Origin: Bacteroidota bacterium
Lineage (GTDB): Bacteria; Bacteroidota; Bacteroidia; Chitinophagales; UBA10324
Direction: 5' to 3'
Assembly: GCA_018267315.1 (NCBI GenBank)
Contig: JAFDYS010000037.1
Coordinates: 6,107 to 70,106, forward strand
Length of the DNA stretch: 64,000 nt
The notes under the pieces are model-generated. The model saw nothing but the letters and a program-made list of their open reading frames with translations. It did not search any database and was not told the DNA's origin. Numbering within the stretch: position 1 is the stretch's first letter; every line of letters begins with the position of its first letter. This document shows positions 1 through 10,137 of this stretch, in pieces. The translations under genes were made by a program, and so were the position numbers.

Positions 1-95
1 AATTTCGGGTCACGAGGTGAATGTCTCCAACGATTGGTTATTCCCATCCTGTGTCATTTCATTCAAAACAAATAGAATGATTTGAATGAATGGAA

Positions 96-137
96 ACTCA
101 GCCCTGAATTCATAGACTGATGCCTCCCGGGCTGAGT
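96..137 (+). other. Stem-loop in the 5' intergenic region (9-bp stem ACTCAGCCC/GGGCTGAGT, 24-nt loop), no U-tract
   Basis: Perfect 9-bp inverted repeat read directly. Its function is unknown. Confidence 0.3.
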
Positions 138-242
138 TAAGAAATCGTTTATGGTATGGTGGATGTTTGCCAATCTTAGTACCTTTCCAAACCGGATTTT
201 TTCAGGCCGGTTACAAATCAATAACACCTAAATACCTTCTCT

Positions 243-3200
243 ATGTTTCATCGCTACTATTCACCATTCAGGTTTGCAATCTCCGGTAGTCTATTCAGGT
301 ACTTTAGAGTAATATCCTCCACCTGCATGCTTATGCTCCTGCTGTCCGCCGGAGCAATGGCCCAGCAGTTACAGATGACAGATTTTGTCTTGTTTGGAGG
401 CGACGGCTCATGCCCGTCGGGTCCGGGACAAAACCCTCCGCCTTCGCCGGGATGCGCTGTACAGATCGGATCTTTGTCAAGTATATTGAGCGGTAATGTT
501 GGAAGTTATCGACTGGTAAAAACGCTGGGGACGTTTAGCATCACCGGGAATATCCATAGCGGAGGCACCGTGGTTCTGAATAACTCAAACACCATTAACG
601 GCAACATTACTGCTGCCAATTCTTCAAATGCCGGCGGTACTATTTTCCAGTCGGGTAAACTCACCGTTCTCAATGGTAATGCAGATGTGAACGGAAACTC
701 ATCAGTGAAAACGGGTTCGGTTTCGGGATCCGTCACGCATCCCTCGGGCACCACCTACACGGGTCCCTTTCCCGGAGGTGGAAATATTATCGGAACTCCG
801 TCGCTTCCGGTATTGCCCCCAATGCCGCCGATTATCAGCTTCCCTGCCGCCGGTGTTACAAACATTACTTCCACGCAGACAATTTCACCGGGCTCTTTTG
901 GTAACATGACACTTGGCGGGTATCAAACAATAACATTCGCGGGGCCGGGTGTCTATGTTTTGAATTCCATTCATAACACAGGCATGTACAATACATTCAA
1001 CCTCGACTTTCAGGGTACTTCAAGCGGGACAATCAGGATATATGTTCACGGGGATGTTGATTTGGGAAAGCTCTTTGTCAATTTCCCGAATGGCGGAGAT
1101 GCTTCACGGGTTTATATGGAAGTTCATGGTAACGGAAGCAGTTGTTCATACGGGCCCTTTGCCTGGAATCTTACCAATGGTGAAACCAATGGCAGAAACT
1201 CAGAGTGGTTTGGAACGGTATGGGTGCCCTATGCCGGTGCGCGTATCGGAGCATTCACTTCGCAGGCCGCTGCCAATTTCACAGGTGCCTTATGGAGCGG
1301 CACACAGGTGAACATTGTGAAGCGTGTAAATATCACGCATGTTGTATTTCAGGATTGCTCCACGCCACCTGATGTAAGTGCCGGTCCTGATAAGCAGTTG
1401 TCTTGTTTCCTTTCTGAAGTTCAGCTGCTGGGTTCCTCATCAACCCCCGGTGTTTCTTATCATTGGGAAGTAGGTAATGGCGGCCATATTCTTAGCGGGC
1501 AAGATTCGCCGAATCCAACGGTTGACGCTGTGGGCAGTTATTCCCTGACAGTGACAGATGCCGGTGGCTGCACCGCTACGGATCAGGCCGACGTAACTTT
1601 TGGATCCTGTATTCTGCCCTACTATCCGCCACCTGCCGGAGGCAAGGTGCCTGACCTCATCGGTTCTGAACTGAACTCACTTTATTATCTCTTTGGCAGT
1701 ATTGATCCTGATTCAATCAAGTTCATATTCAACATCACCAATGACAGTGTATGGATTGAGGTGATTTCAATTGAAGGGCAATACAATACATTACTCAGCT
1801 TGCTTCAAACGGAAACATACGGCCTCACAGATCTCATCAGCAACGGCCCCAATTCACTTATCATCACAGGCAAATATCCGATTGCGCATTTGCTTAAATT
1901 GGATAGTCTGCCTCAGTTAATTAATTATGTAAGACCGGTCTTCCCGCCTATTTCCAATGCCGGTGTGGCATACTCTGAAGGCGACAGCGCACAAACATCT
2001 GACCTTGCCCGCGAAGGATTTCACGTTTCGGGTAACGGGGTAAAGGTGGGGGTGATTTCAGACAGTTATAACACACTCATCGGCAACAATGCGCAGATTG
2101 ATGTACTCAATGATGATTTACCCGGAACAGGAAATGCTGTCCATCCCAATCCGGTACAGGTCATTAAAGATTATCCGTATGGAATCAGAACAGATGAAGG
2201 TCGTGCCATGCTACAGATTGTTCATGATGTGGCACCGAATGCTGATCTCGCTTTCCGTACCGGCTTCATCAGTGCCGGTGATTTTGCCCAGGGTATCAGG
2301 GATCTTCAGCAAAACGGTTGCGATGTAATCGTTGATGACGTTACCTACATCACCGAACCGTTCTTTCAGGATGGTATCGTTGCCGATGCTGTTGATGAAG
2401 TGAAAGCTGATGGGGTGAGTTACTTCTCTTCTGCCGGCAATTACGGAAACAAATCGTATCAGTCAGTTTTCAGCGGAGCCCCTGCTCCGTTCGGCCTGAG
2501 CGGATCAGCCCATGATTTCGGAGGCGGAGATGTTTATCAAAGTCTTACGCTTCCGCCGGGAAGTTATACCGTGGTGCTCCAATGGGCAGATTCTATCTAT
2601 TCACTCGGACAAACTCAAACAGGCACCAAAAATGACATGGACATTTTTATTGCAGATGCCTCGGGTACTACCCTGTTCGGGTTCAACCGGAATAACATCG
2701 GAGGTGATCCTATTGAAGTGCTTCCGTTCACTGTAACCGGAGGTACTGCTGCTGCCAATTTAATTGTGGTTAAAAGTGCCGGCCCTGATAACGTTTACTT
2801 CAAGTATGTGATCTTCCGCGGCGAAGGCACCATTAATGAATACAACACAGGAACCTCAACCATTGTAGGACAGGCCAACGCTGCAGGCGCCATGGCAGTT
2901 GGGGCGGTATTGTACAGTAACACACCGCCCTTCGGCGTGAATCCGCCAACCATTGCCTCGTTTTCTTCAGTAGGCGGTACTCCGGTAAATGGAGTGACCC
3001 GGGACAAACCGGATTTTGCCGCACCTAATGGAGGTAACACCACCGTTTATCTCGGAGGTGTGAATATTGATGGAGACCCGTTCCCCAATTTCTTTGGAAC
3101 TTCTGCAGCTGCGCCACATGCCGCCGGAGTAGCGGCACTGCTTATTGATGCCAAGAAGAAATTTTATAATGAAGTGCTGTCTCCGGATGAAGTGAAAACA

Positions 3201-5840
3201 TTATTGAAGAGCACTGCTCTGGATATGGATGTTCCGGGATTTGATTATCACACCGGTTCAGGATTCATTCAGGCCATGGCGGCCATGGCAACATTTGCTG
3301 CACCAACACCGGTGATCACCAATCTCAGCTGGGATCCGCAGATTACTCCGGGAACACAGGTATTTGATGTGGTGGTGGAAGGAAGTTATTTCACCACTCA
3401 ATCACAAATCCTGTTCAGGGGCGAAGCGTTGCCCACTACGATGATCAGTTCATCGCAGCTGACCGCATCGGTTCCTGAATTTACCGGCAATCCTTCCATT
3501 CAGGTATATACAGAGCCCATCACACCCAGCGGAACGGATGGGGGATATTCCAATACAGTGTATTTCTTCTCACCGGTGAAAAAGCAGGTGAAGGTTACCG
3601 CAGATGATCAATCGAAGCGGTTTGGCGAAAAGATGCCGGTGCTTACAGCAAACATCCTGGTGGATGGCCAATCACTCGCAGAGGCAGGTCTTAGCATTTC
3701 AGATGTAGGATTGGATAGTTTGAAATTTGAAACACCGGCTACCAGTCAGAGTAATACGGGCATCTACTTCATTCGTCCGTCAGCAGATTCGGCTGATATC
3801 GGAATGGATAAATTTGAGTTGTACAACTACGAATTTGTTGATGGACTACTCACCATCAACAAGATGCCGCTTAAGATTACGCCGAAGCATCTCACGCTTA
3901 CCTACGGCGACAAGATTGAAAATGTAGCGTTTGATTATGATTATGACAGCACACAGATTTCTGAAGAAGATCGAAGCGGATTCCTTTCCTCCCTGGAGGT
4001 GGCCTACAAGCAGCCCATTTCCAATGCACTCGCGCTGGTAGATGCACGTGTGCTGGTGAACGGTCGCCCGCTGGTCAACCAGGATCTGGAAAACCTGGCT
4101 TTCCTTGCCACCTCTCAATCGGTAACGAATGCCAAACCGCTCGTGAATGCCAAGCCGCTGGTGAACTCCATTGACACAACATGGATTGTTGATGTGGCCG
4201 TTGAATCCATTTTCAATTACCAGGATGATTCTTCGTCAGCCCCTCTCGTGAATGCCAAGCCACTGGTAAATGCACGCGCATTGGTAAACGCCAAGCCATT
4301 AGTAAACGGAACTGCCGTAGTGAATGCCAAGCCGCTGGTAAACGGCTCTTCAGTTGTAAACTCCAGCACGGTAGGTGACAGCACGGGCAGTGATATTGCT
4401 GTGATTGTTGATGAAACCGATGTTGATGCAGAAGCAGACACCATCACCGAGTACATTCCCATTGTGATGGTGACCGGCACCACCGTTGGCGACTGGGCCA
4501 TTGTTCCGGCCGCCATGCTTACGAACAACTTTGACATCACCTATCAATTGGGAACCCTCACCATTCTTCCGGCCACGCTCACCATTAAGGCAGATGATAA
4601 GAATATTACCTACGGTGAATATCCTTCCTTCTCAGCTCAGATCACCGGGTATCAGTACAGCGATGCAGATAGTCCGATCGTGGCAGGTGGTCCGCTGTTC
4701 ACGGTGTATGATCAGTTGAATCAGGCCGTGAGCGGATTGATCCCGGGTGGAGTGTTCAGTATTGTCCCCTCGCAACTCGACCTGGTGCAGCCATCCAATT
4801 ATGTGGCCGAATACCAGGCCAGTGTTCTCAATGTGGGTCCGGCACCGCTAACGGTCACAGCCGATCTGAAGGGAATTTATAAGGGAGATCCGTTGCCTGC
4901 ATTCACTTCCACTATTGCCGGTTTTATCAGCGGAGGCAATAACAACATATTGTCCGGTCCGGCATATACGCTCAGTCCCGCTTACACAGGGGCAGCCGGA
5001 GTTTATAGCATTAATCCGTCATCGCTCGTACTTGAACAACCCGACAATTATTCCATCACTTATGCAAGCGGTTCATTGTATGTAAATCCGAAAGGAAATG
5101 GAGCGATGAAAATTTTTGTCTACATAGATTGTGTTGACACGCTGATCAATGACCCGGATGGCTTTACGTACGTGGCGCATTTCTCATACCAGAATAACAA
5201 CGCCACCCCAAGCTATATCCCCATCGGCAGTTACAACATGGTGACGGCTTTAAGCGGATCTTTCAGCGGAACACCGCCTGAAATTATTTACCCGGGAAGC
5301 GGAACATTTGATGTGAAGTTTAACGGGCAGCTGATTGCTTGGACGCTCAAGAGTTATGAAGGCAATCAGCTCAAGACATCCATGGCTGATGCAAGCGCTT
5401 CTACCTGCCGCTGTGGTGATGGTTGCGAATCAGAAAATGACAATGATAAGGTAGCGGTATGTCATCGTCCCAATGGCAGTCAATCCGAAGCTCATACTCT
5501 TTACGTTGATTTCAATGCCGTGCAGGCCCATCTCAATCATGGCGACTATCTCGGCTCTTGTTATATTGAAGAGAAAGCAGCTACAGGTGAGGGCATTGAC
5601 GGACTTTTTGCGTATCCCAATCCCACTTCGGGATTGGTGACACTTACTATCGATGGAGATGCACAAAACGCTCGGATTTCAGTCATTGATGTGCTGGGAA
5701 TGGAGTATCCGCTTTCAGTGGTTAATGTGAAGAACAACGGGCAATTGGAAATTGACATATCAAACCTAGCTGATGGCTTGTATCTGTTGCGTGTATCAAC
5801 TTCAGGCGGAGAAAAGACTCTGCCGTTACTCAAGCAGTAG
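243..5840 (+). CDS. Giant secreted multidomain protein: beta-helix-like N-terminus, Ig/PKD-like module, subtilisin-family (S8) peptidase domain, IPT/TIG-like module, several MBG-type repeats and a T9SS type-A C-terminal sorting domain
   Basis: 1865-aa ORF. S8 motifs are present: VGVISDSY (Asp), LQIVHDVAPNA (His) and GTSAAAPHAAGVAALL (Ser). There are repeated modules of the type L(K/T)(I/V)T(A/P)(D/K)...TYG. The C-terminus YPNPTSGLVTLTI...LADGLYLLRV is typical of T9SS CTDs. The signal-like segment MLMLLLSAGAMAQQ means the start may be 327 rather than 243. Confidence 0.85.
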   Translation: MFHRYYSPFRFAISGSLFRYFRVISSTCMLMLLLSAGAMAQQLQMTDFVLFGGDGSCPSGPGQNPPPSPGCAVQIGSLSSILSGNVGSYRLVKTLGTFSITGNIHSGGTVVLNNSNTINGNITAANSSNAGGTIFQSGKLTVLNGNADVNGNSSVKTGSVSGSVTHPSGTTYTGPFPGGGNIIGTPSLPVLPPMPPIISFPAAGVTNITSTQTISPGSFGNMTLGGYQTITFAGPGVYVLNSIHNTGMYNTFNLDFQGTSSGTIRIYVHGDVDLGKLFVNFPNGGDASRVYMEVHGNGSSCSYGPFAWNLTNGETNGRNSEWFGTVWVPYAGARIGAFTSQAAANFTGALWSGTQVNIVKRVNITHVVFQDCSTPPDVSAGPDKQLSCFLSEVQLLGSSSTPGVSYHWEVGNGGHILSGQDSPNPTVDAVGSYSLTVTDAGGCTATDQADVTFGSCILPYYPPPAGGKVPDLIGSELNSLYYLFGSIDPDSIKFIFNITNDSVWIEVISIEGQYNTLLSLLQTETYGLTDLISNGPNSLIITGKYPIAHLLKLDSLPQLINYVRPVFPPISNAGVAYSEGDSAQTSDLAREGFHVSGNGVKVGVISDSYNTLIGNNAQIDVLNDDLPGTGNAVHPNPVQVIKDYPYGIRTDEGRAMLQIVHDVAPNADLAFRTGFISAGDFAQGIRDLQQNGCDVIVDDVTYITEPFFQDGIVADAVDEVKADGVSYFSSAGNYGNKSYQSVFSGAPAPFGLSGSAHDFGGGDVYQSLTLPPGSYTVVLQWADSIYSLGQTQTGTKNDMDIFIADASGTTLFGFNRNNIGGDPIEVLPFTVTGGTAAANLIVVKSAGPDNVYFKYVIFRGEGTINEYNTGTSTIVGQANAAGAMAVGAVLYSNTPPFGVNPPTIASFSSVGGTPVNGVTRDKPDFAAPNGGNTTVYLGGVNIDGDPFPNFFGTSAAAPHAAGVAALLIDAKKKFYNEVLSPDEVKTLLKSTALDMDVPGFDYHTGSGFIQAMAAMATFAAPTPVITNLSWDPQITPGTQVFDVVVEGSYFTTQSQILFRGEALPTTMISSSQLTASVPEFTGNPSIQVYTEPITPSGTDGGYSNTVYFFSPVKKQVKVTADDQSKRFGEKMPVLTANILVDGQSLAEAGLSISDVGLDSLKFETPATSQSNTGIYFIRPSADSADIGMDKFELYNYEFVDGLLTINKMPLKITPKHLTLTYGDKIENVAFDYDYDSTQISEEDRSGFLSSLEVAYKQPISNALALVDARVLVNGRPLVNQDLENLAFLATSQSVTNAKPLVNAKPLVNSIDTTWIVDVAVESIFNYQDDSSSAPLVNAKPLVNARALVNAKPLVNGTAVVNAKPLVNGSSVVNSSTVGDSTGSDIAVIVDETDVDAEADTITEYIPIVMVTGTTVGDWAIVPAAMLTNNFDITYQLGTLTILPATLTIKADDKNITYGEYPSFSAQITGYQYSDADSPIVAGGPLFTVYDQLNQAVSGLIPGGVFSIVPSQLDLVQPSNYVAEYQASVLNVGPAPLTVTADLKGIYKGDPLPAFTSTIAGFISGGNNNILSGPAYTLSPAYTGAAGVYSINPSSLVLEQPDNYSITYASGSLYVNPKGNGAMKIFVYIDCVDTLINDPDGFTYVAHFSYQNNNATPSYIPIGSYNMVTALSGSFSGTPPEIIYPGSGTFDVKFNGQLIAWTLKSYEGNQLKTSMADASASTCRCGDGCESENDNDKVAVCHRPNGSQSEAHTLYVDFNAVQAHLNHGDYLGSCYIEEKAATGEGIDGLFAYPNPTSGLVTLTIDGDAQNARISVIDVLGMEYPLSVVNVKNNGQLEIDISNLADGLYLLRVSTSGGEKTLPLLKQ
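4027..4360 (+). repeat. In-frame tandem 18-bp (hexapeptide) repeats, consensus N-A-K-P-L-V, in two blocks inside the giant protease gene
   Basis: Translation reads ...ALVDARVLVNGRPLVNQ...NAKPLVNAKPLVNS...APLVNAKPLVNARALVNAKPLVNGTAVVNAKPLVNGSSVVNS. The DNA unit is aatgccaagccgctggta or variants. Confidence 0.8.
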
Positions 5841-5873
5841 ATGATTACCTGAATTGAATTTCATTCAGAAAAG

Positions 5874-5901
5874 GAGGGAGCATGTCTCCCTCTTTTTTTT
5901 T
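5874..5901 (+). terminator. Rho-independent terminator after the giant protease gene
   Basis: Stem GAGGGAG/CTCCCTC with loop CATGT, followed by a 9-nt T-run. It lies 34 nt after the stop codon. Confidence 0.75.
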
Positions 5902-5964
5902 CAGAATTACCATTAATAAAATACCGCAGGTCAACTCAAAAACATTTGTACTTTCAACGCTTTC

Positions 5965-7932
5965 GTGAACGTACCCTGCAATACCAGATTAACGTGGCGG
6001 CTGCTTTTCATTTTTACACTCGCCTCCGGAGCAGCCCGGGCCTCCGTTTCGGATAGTCTGAAGTCGATTGTTGATGCGGGAAAGGAAGACACTGTTCAGG
6101 TAAACAACCTGATTGCCCTCAGTAAAAGTCTTTTTGATTCATCAACCGATGATGCATTTAAATACGGCAAACGTGCTGAAGAACTGGCAAGAAAACTCAA
6201 CTATCCCAGGGGGGTTGCTTACGCACTGAAGAATATTGGAATCGGCTTTTATAACCAGGCCAAGTATGTTGAGGCGCTTCAGAACTGGCAGAGATCACTC
6301 GAGGTCTTTGATTCAATCGGTGACAAGAAAGGCGTGGCCAACATGTACAGTAACATGGGAGCCATCTATTACAACCAGGGTGATGATGCCAAAGCCCTTG
6401 AGCTTTACCTGCAGTCACTGAAGATTTCCGAAGATATCCCGGACACGCTTCGCATCGTGACGGCACTCATGAATATCGGCGCTGTGTACTCGCACAAGAA
6501 GGCCACCCAGGACAAGGCGCTCGATTATTATTCACGGGCGCTGCCTCTCAGTGAGAAACTGGGTGACAAGGATGCCATAGGTACGTGTACAGTGAACCTC
6601 GGCGAGATATACCTTGATAAAGGCAATGATACACTGGCGCTTGACTATTTTCATCAGTCACTGAAAGCGTATGATGAAGATTCAGAGAACGTGCCTTATT
6701 CACTCAATGATATAGGCAAGGTGTACGAGCAGCGCGGCGACTATGCCATGGCCATTAAATACCATCAGGATGCATATGATAAAGCTAGGAAAAGCGACCT
6801 GAAAATGGATATGGCCCAATCCCTGCTCGGGCTTGGAAATTCTTATCTCGCGTCCGGAGAAGTCAAAATTGCACTGGCCAAATTTTCCGAGGCCGAAAGT
6901 ATCGCCAAGGAAATTGGGGCGATATATGAATTGAAAGATATCTACCAGGGATTATCCGCTTCCTATTCACGTCTCGATAATTTCCCGAATGCGTTCAAAT
7001 ACCAATCGTTGCTCATCGCAATTAAGGATACTATCTACAACATTGAAACGGATAAGAAGTTATCCGGTTTGCTGTTCAACTTCGAAATCGAAAAGAAGCA
7101 GTCACAAATTGATTTACTCACCAAAGACAAAGCCCTGCAGGAAGCAGATCTCAAGCGCCAGAAACTGGCCAAGAATGCCTCGCTGGCGGGATTGGCCGGG
7201 GTATTCATTATTGCCTTCATTATTTACAGGAACTACCGGCAAAAAGTAAAGACCAATAAGATTCTTGATAAGCAGAAAGATGAGATTGAGCACCTGTTGC
7301 TGAACATTCTTCCCCAGGAAGTGGCTAAGGAACTGCAAACGAAAGGACAAGCTACCTCGCGGTTCTATGAACATGTTTCCGTTCTGTTTACTGATTTCAA
7401 GAGCTTCACCAAAATTGCAGAAGGACTTACGCCCAATGAACTGGTGGCCGAGCTGAACGACTTTTTTATGGCCTTTGATGAAATCATTGAGAAGCATCAC
7501 CTTGAAAAGATTAAAACGATCGGTGATGCTTACATGTGTGCGGGCGGTATCCCATCTGCACATCCTGATCACCCCTTTCAGATTGTGAAGGCCGGGCTGG
7601 AAATGCAGCAGTACATCAACCTCAAGAATCAGCACAAGCGCGAGCTTGGTCAGGCAGAGTGGGGACTGCGCGTGGGCATTCACACCGGACCCGTTACTGC
7701 GGGAGTAGTGGGTAAGAAGAAATATGCTTACGACATCTGGGGCGATACGGTGAACATCGCATCGCGCATGGAGTCCTCCGGTGAAGTGGGAAAAGTAAAC
7801 ATCAGCGGCACTACCTACGAACTCATCAAACACCAGTTCGAATGCACTTACCGGGGTAAAATTGAAGCGAAGAACAAAGGAGTGATTGATATGTACTTCG
7901 TGCAAAACGGCGCCCTGCCAACTCAGAATTAG
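5965..7932 (+). CDS. TPR-repeat, membrane-anchored class III adenylate/guanylate cyclase
   Basis: N-terminal signal, multiple TPR-like repeats (MYSNMGAIYYNQGDDAKALELY...), a TM segment, then cyclase catalytic motifs LFTDFKSFT, GDAYMCAGG, RVGIHTGPVTAGVVG, DIWGDTVNIASRMES. The start codon is GTG. Confidence 0.9.
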   Translation: MNVPCNTRLTWRLLFIFTLASGAARASVSDSLKSIVDAGKEDTVQVNNLIALSKSLFDSSTDDAFKYGKRAEELARKLNYPRGVAYALKNIGIGFYNQAKYVEALQNWQRSLEVFDSIGDKKGVANMYSNMGAIYYNQGDDAKALELYLQSLKISEDIPDTLRIVTALMNIGAVYSHKKATQDKALDYYSRALPLSEKLGDKDAIGTCTVNLGEIYLDKGNDTLALDYFHQSLKAYDEDSENVPYSLNDIGKVYEQRGDYAMAIKYHQDAYDKARKSDLKMDMAQSLLGLGNSYLASGEVKIALAKFSEAESIAKEIGAIYELKDIYQGLSASYSRLDNFPNAFKYQSLLIAIKDTIYNIETDKKLSGLLFNFEIEKKQSQIDLLTKDKALQEADLKRQKLAKNASLAGLAGVFIIAFIIYRNYRQKVKTNKILDKQKDEIEHLLLNILPQEVAKELQTKGQATSRFYEHVSVLFTDFKSFTKIAEGLTPNELVAELNDFFMAFDEIIEKHHLEKIKTIGDAYMCAGGIPSAHPDHPFQIVKAGLEMQQYINLKNQHKRELGQAEWGLRVGIHTGPVTAGVVGKKKYAYDIWGDTVNIASRMESSGEVGKVNISGTTYELIKHQFECTYRGKIEAKNKGVIDMYFVQNGALPTQN

Positions 7933-7965
7933 TGTGCCTTGTTTCTTCCGGTTATCCGTTGCCGG

Positions 7966-9522
7966 CTATTTCGATTCCAGTCTCACCACGGGCACAATCA
8001 TTTCCTCCAGGGATATTCCGCCGTGCTGAAACGTGTTGCGGTACAGGTTCACGTGGTAGTTGTAATTGTTAGGGTAAACAAAATATTTGTCCTCCTTAGC
8101 AAAGATGTACGTCGAACTCACGTGAGGTTTGGGCAGCATCAGCTCGTGCGGATTTCTGGTCTCAAGCACATCTTTGGAATTGTAGTTAAGGTTCTTCCCG
8201 TGCTTGTACCGGAGGTTTGTTGTGGTTTCACGGTCGCCGATCACCTTGGCCGGTTCTTTCACGCGTATGGTTCCGTGATCCGTGGTGATCACGAGGTGCA
8301 CTTTCTTATCTGTCAGTTTCAGCAGGGCATCGTGCAGCGGTGAATGTTCAAACCAGGACTGCGTTATGCTTCTATATGCGGTTTCATCACTGGCCAGTTC
8401 CTTCAATACATCCATCTCGGTTCGTGCATGCGAAAGCATATCCACGAAATTGTACACGATCACGTTCAGATCATTTTTCATCATGTTGTAGATGTTGTCA
8501 ACGAGGTCTTTGCCGTTGTTGTGGTTCGTGATCTTTGTATAGGTGAACTTAATATTCTTCTTGAGACGCACCAGCTGGTCAGCAAGAAATTCCTGTTCGT
8601 GCATGTTCTTGCCGCCTTCATCTTCATCATTCAGCCAGAGATTCGGGAACCGCTTTTCAATATCGAGCGGCATGAGTCCCGCGAAAATGGCATTGCGGCT
8701 GTAATGTGTGGAAGTCGGGAGAATGCTGTAGAAATAATCCTCGTCGGTTACGCGGAAACTTTCCGCCACGATGGGTTGAATGATTTTCCACTGATCGAAA
8801 CGGAGATTGTCAATCACCACCAAAAAGGTGGGCACGCCCGGCTCAATAAAGGGAAACACCTTGGTCTTAAGAAGGGAGTGTGACATCACCGGGGTGTTCT
8901 CATCCGGCTTCTGAATCCAACTCTTGTAATTGCGGATGATGAATTTACAAAACTCGGTGTTGGCTTCACTCTTCTGCATGGCAAGTACGTCACGCATTTC
9001 GGCCGTTTTAGCATTGTCCAGTTCGAGTTCCCAGTAGATGAGCTTCCGGTAAATCTCCGCCCACTCTTCCTGGTTCAGTCCTTCATTGATGCGGGAGAAA
9101 ATCTGCTGAAATTGTTTCTGGTATTCTGAAGTGGTCTTCTCGCTGATCAGCCGCCGGTTCTCGAGCAACTTCTTCAGTGTGAGCAACACCTGCTGCGGCT
9201 TCACGGGCTTAATCAGGTAATCGCTGATCTGCGAACCGATGGCATCTTCCATCAGGTTCTCTTCTTCGCTCTTGGTGATCATCACCACCGGCACATTGGG
9301 CTGAATGGTCTTGATGTCAGTAAGGGTTTCCAGTCCGCTTCGTCCGGGCATTTGTTCATCGAGAAAAACGATGTCGAGCACTTCATCCCGGCATTTTTCT
9401 ATCGCATCAATGCCGTTGCTCGCTTCAATGATGTTATATCCTTTTTCCTTCAGGAACAGAATCTGCGGTTTCAGTAATTCAATTTCATCATCCACCCACA
9501 GGATGGTAGGTTCATTCGCCAT
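7966..9522 (-). CDS. porX: PorX-type response regulator (CheY receiver plus PglZ/alkaline-phosphatase-superfamily domain)
   Basis: 518 aa. The N-terminus ILWVDDEIELLKPQILFLKEKGY...VFLDEQMPG is a receiver domain. The C-terminal half has PglZ-like motifs (VVIDNLRFDQW, ...MLSHARTE, TTDHGT). Length and architecture match PorX of T9SS-bearing Bacteroidota. Confidence 0.8.
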   Translation of the reverse strand: MANEPTILWVDDEIELLKPQILFLKEKGYNIIEASNGIDAIEKCRDEVLDIVFLDEQMPGRSGLETLTDIKTIQPNVPVVMITKSEEENLMEDAIGSQISDYLIKPVKPQQVLLTLKKLLENRRLISEKTTSEYQKQFQQIFSRINEGLNQEEWAEIYRKLIYWELELDNAKTAEMRDVLAMQKSEANTEFCKFIIRNYKSWIQKPDENTPVMSHSLLKTKVFPFIEPGVPTFLVVIDNLRFDQWKIIQPIVAESFRVTDEDYFYSILPTSTHYSRNAIFAGLMPLDIEKRFPNLWLNDEDEGGKNMHEQEFLADQLVRLKKNIKFTYTKITNHNNGKDLVDNIYNMMKNDLNVIVYNFVDMLSHARTEMDVLKELASDETAYRSITQSWFEHSPLHDALLKLTDKKVHLVITTDHGTIRVKEPAKVIGDRETTTNLRYKHGKNLNYNSKDVLETRNPHELMLPKPHVSSTYIFAKEDKYFVYPNNYNYHVNLYRNTFQHGGISLEEMIVPVVRLESK

Positions 9523-9728
9523 AGTAAAATATATTAAGTAACGTGAAAACTTGAATTAGAGTAGATTTCTCTGATACGGATCAATTGTAAGTGAATTCGA
9601 TCGCCTGGTTGCACCTGCAAAGTTCTCTTAAATTTCTGAGAAGCACGAATGCCGGCAATTAACGCTGGATGAGCGGCGATAGTATTTGCTGAATTTCTCT
9701 TCCTAACTTAGCGATCAAATCTTTCACT

Positions 9729-10103
9729 ATGAAAACACTAGTCTGCTTGCTGCTGCTAATATTGTTCTACTCTTTAACTGTGAGTGCTCAAAAGATCAAA
9801 GTAAGTGAAGAAGGCAAGCGGGTGATCTGTATCATCAATTCCGAATCAACAAAAGCCGGTCTGGCCCATGCAGTGGATGAACTGGCGAAATATAATGTGA
9901 CGCTTGATATCAGGGAATCGGAGTTCACCAAAAACGGCAATCTGAAAAAGATTTCTTTTTCAGTGAAGAATGCTGTGGGTGAAGCAACTTACATCTCCGA
10001 CAATATGACCAAGCCCAAATCAGCCGTTCAAATCACATCTGACCTAAGCCCGGGTGCAAAGAACACCATTGGAGTAGGATCAGTCACTGAGAAAATGGAC
10101 TGA
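9729..10103 (+). CDS. Small secreted hypothetical protein
   Basis: 124-aa ORF with a cleavable-looking signal peptide (LLLLILFYSLTVSAQ). No recognisable motif. Confidence 0.55.
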   Translation: MKTLVCLLLLILFYSLTVSAQKIKVSEEGKRVICIINSESTKAGLAHAVDELAKYNVTLDIRESEFTKNGNLKKISFSVKNAVGEATYISDNMTKPKSAVQITSDLSPGAKNTIGVGSVTEKMD

Positions 10104-10137
10104 CATATCTCAACCTGCATCACCAAAACCTCTTCTC

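Noticed and set aside
1-83. Possible 3' end of an upstream gene at the window edge (open frames ending at 75 or 83)
   Set aside because: Only about 25 codons are visible in either frame, with no recognisable motif, so neither can be supported.
7114-7905. Long antisense ORFs in the track, for example 7114..7905(-), 8344..8883(+), 13065..13508(-), 20722..21219(+), 21521..21958(-), 31544..31996(+), 48302..48787(-), 48970..49434(-), 54743..55378(-), 55989..56477(-) and 61041..61571(-)
   Set aside because: Each lies entirely inside, and antisense or out of frame to, a gene with strong family motifs. Their translations have odd composition (His/Arg/Cys/Phe-rich) and no motifs, so they are shadow ORFs.
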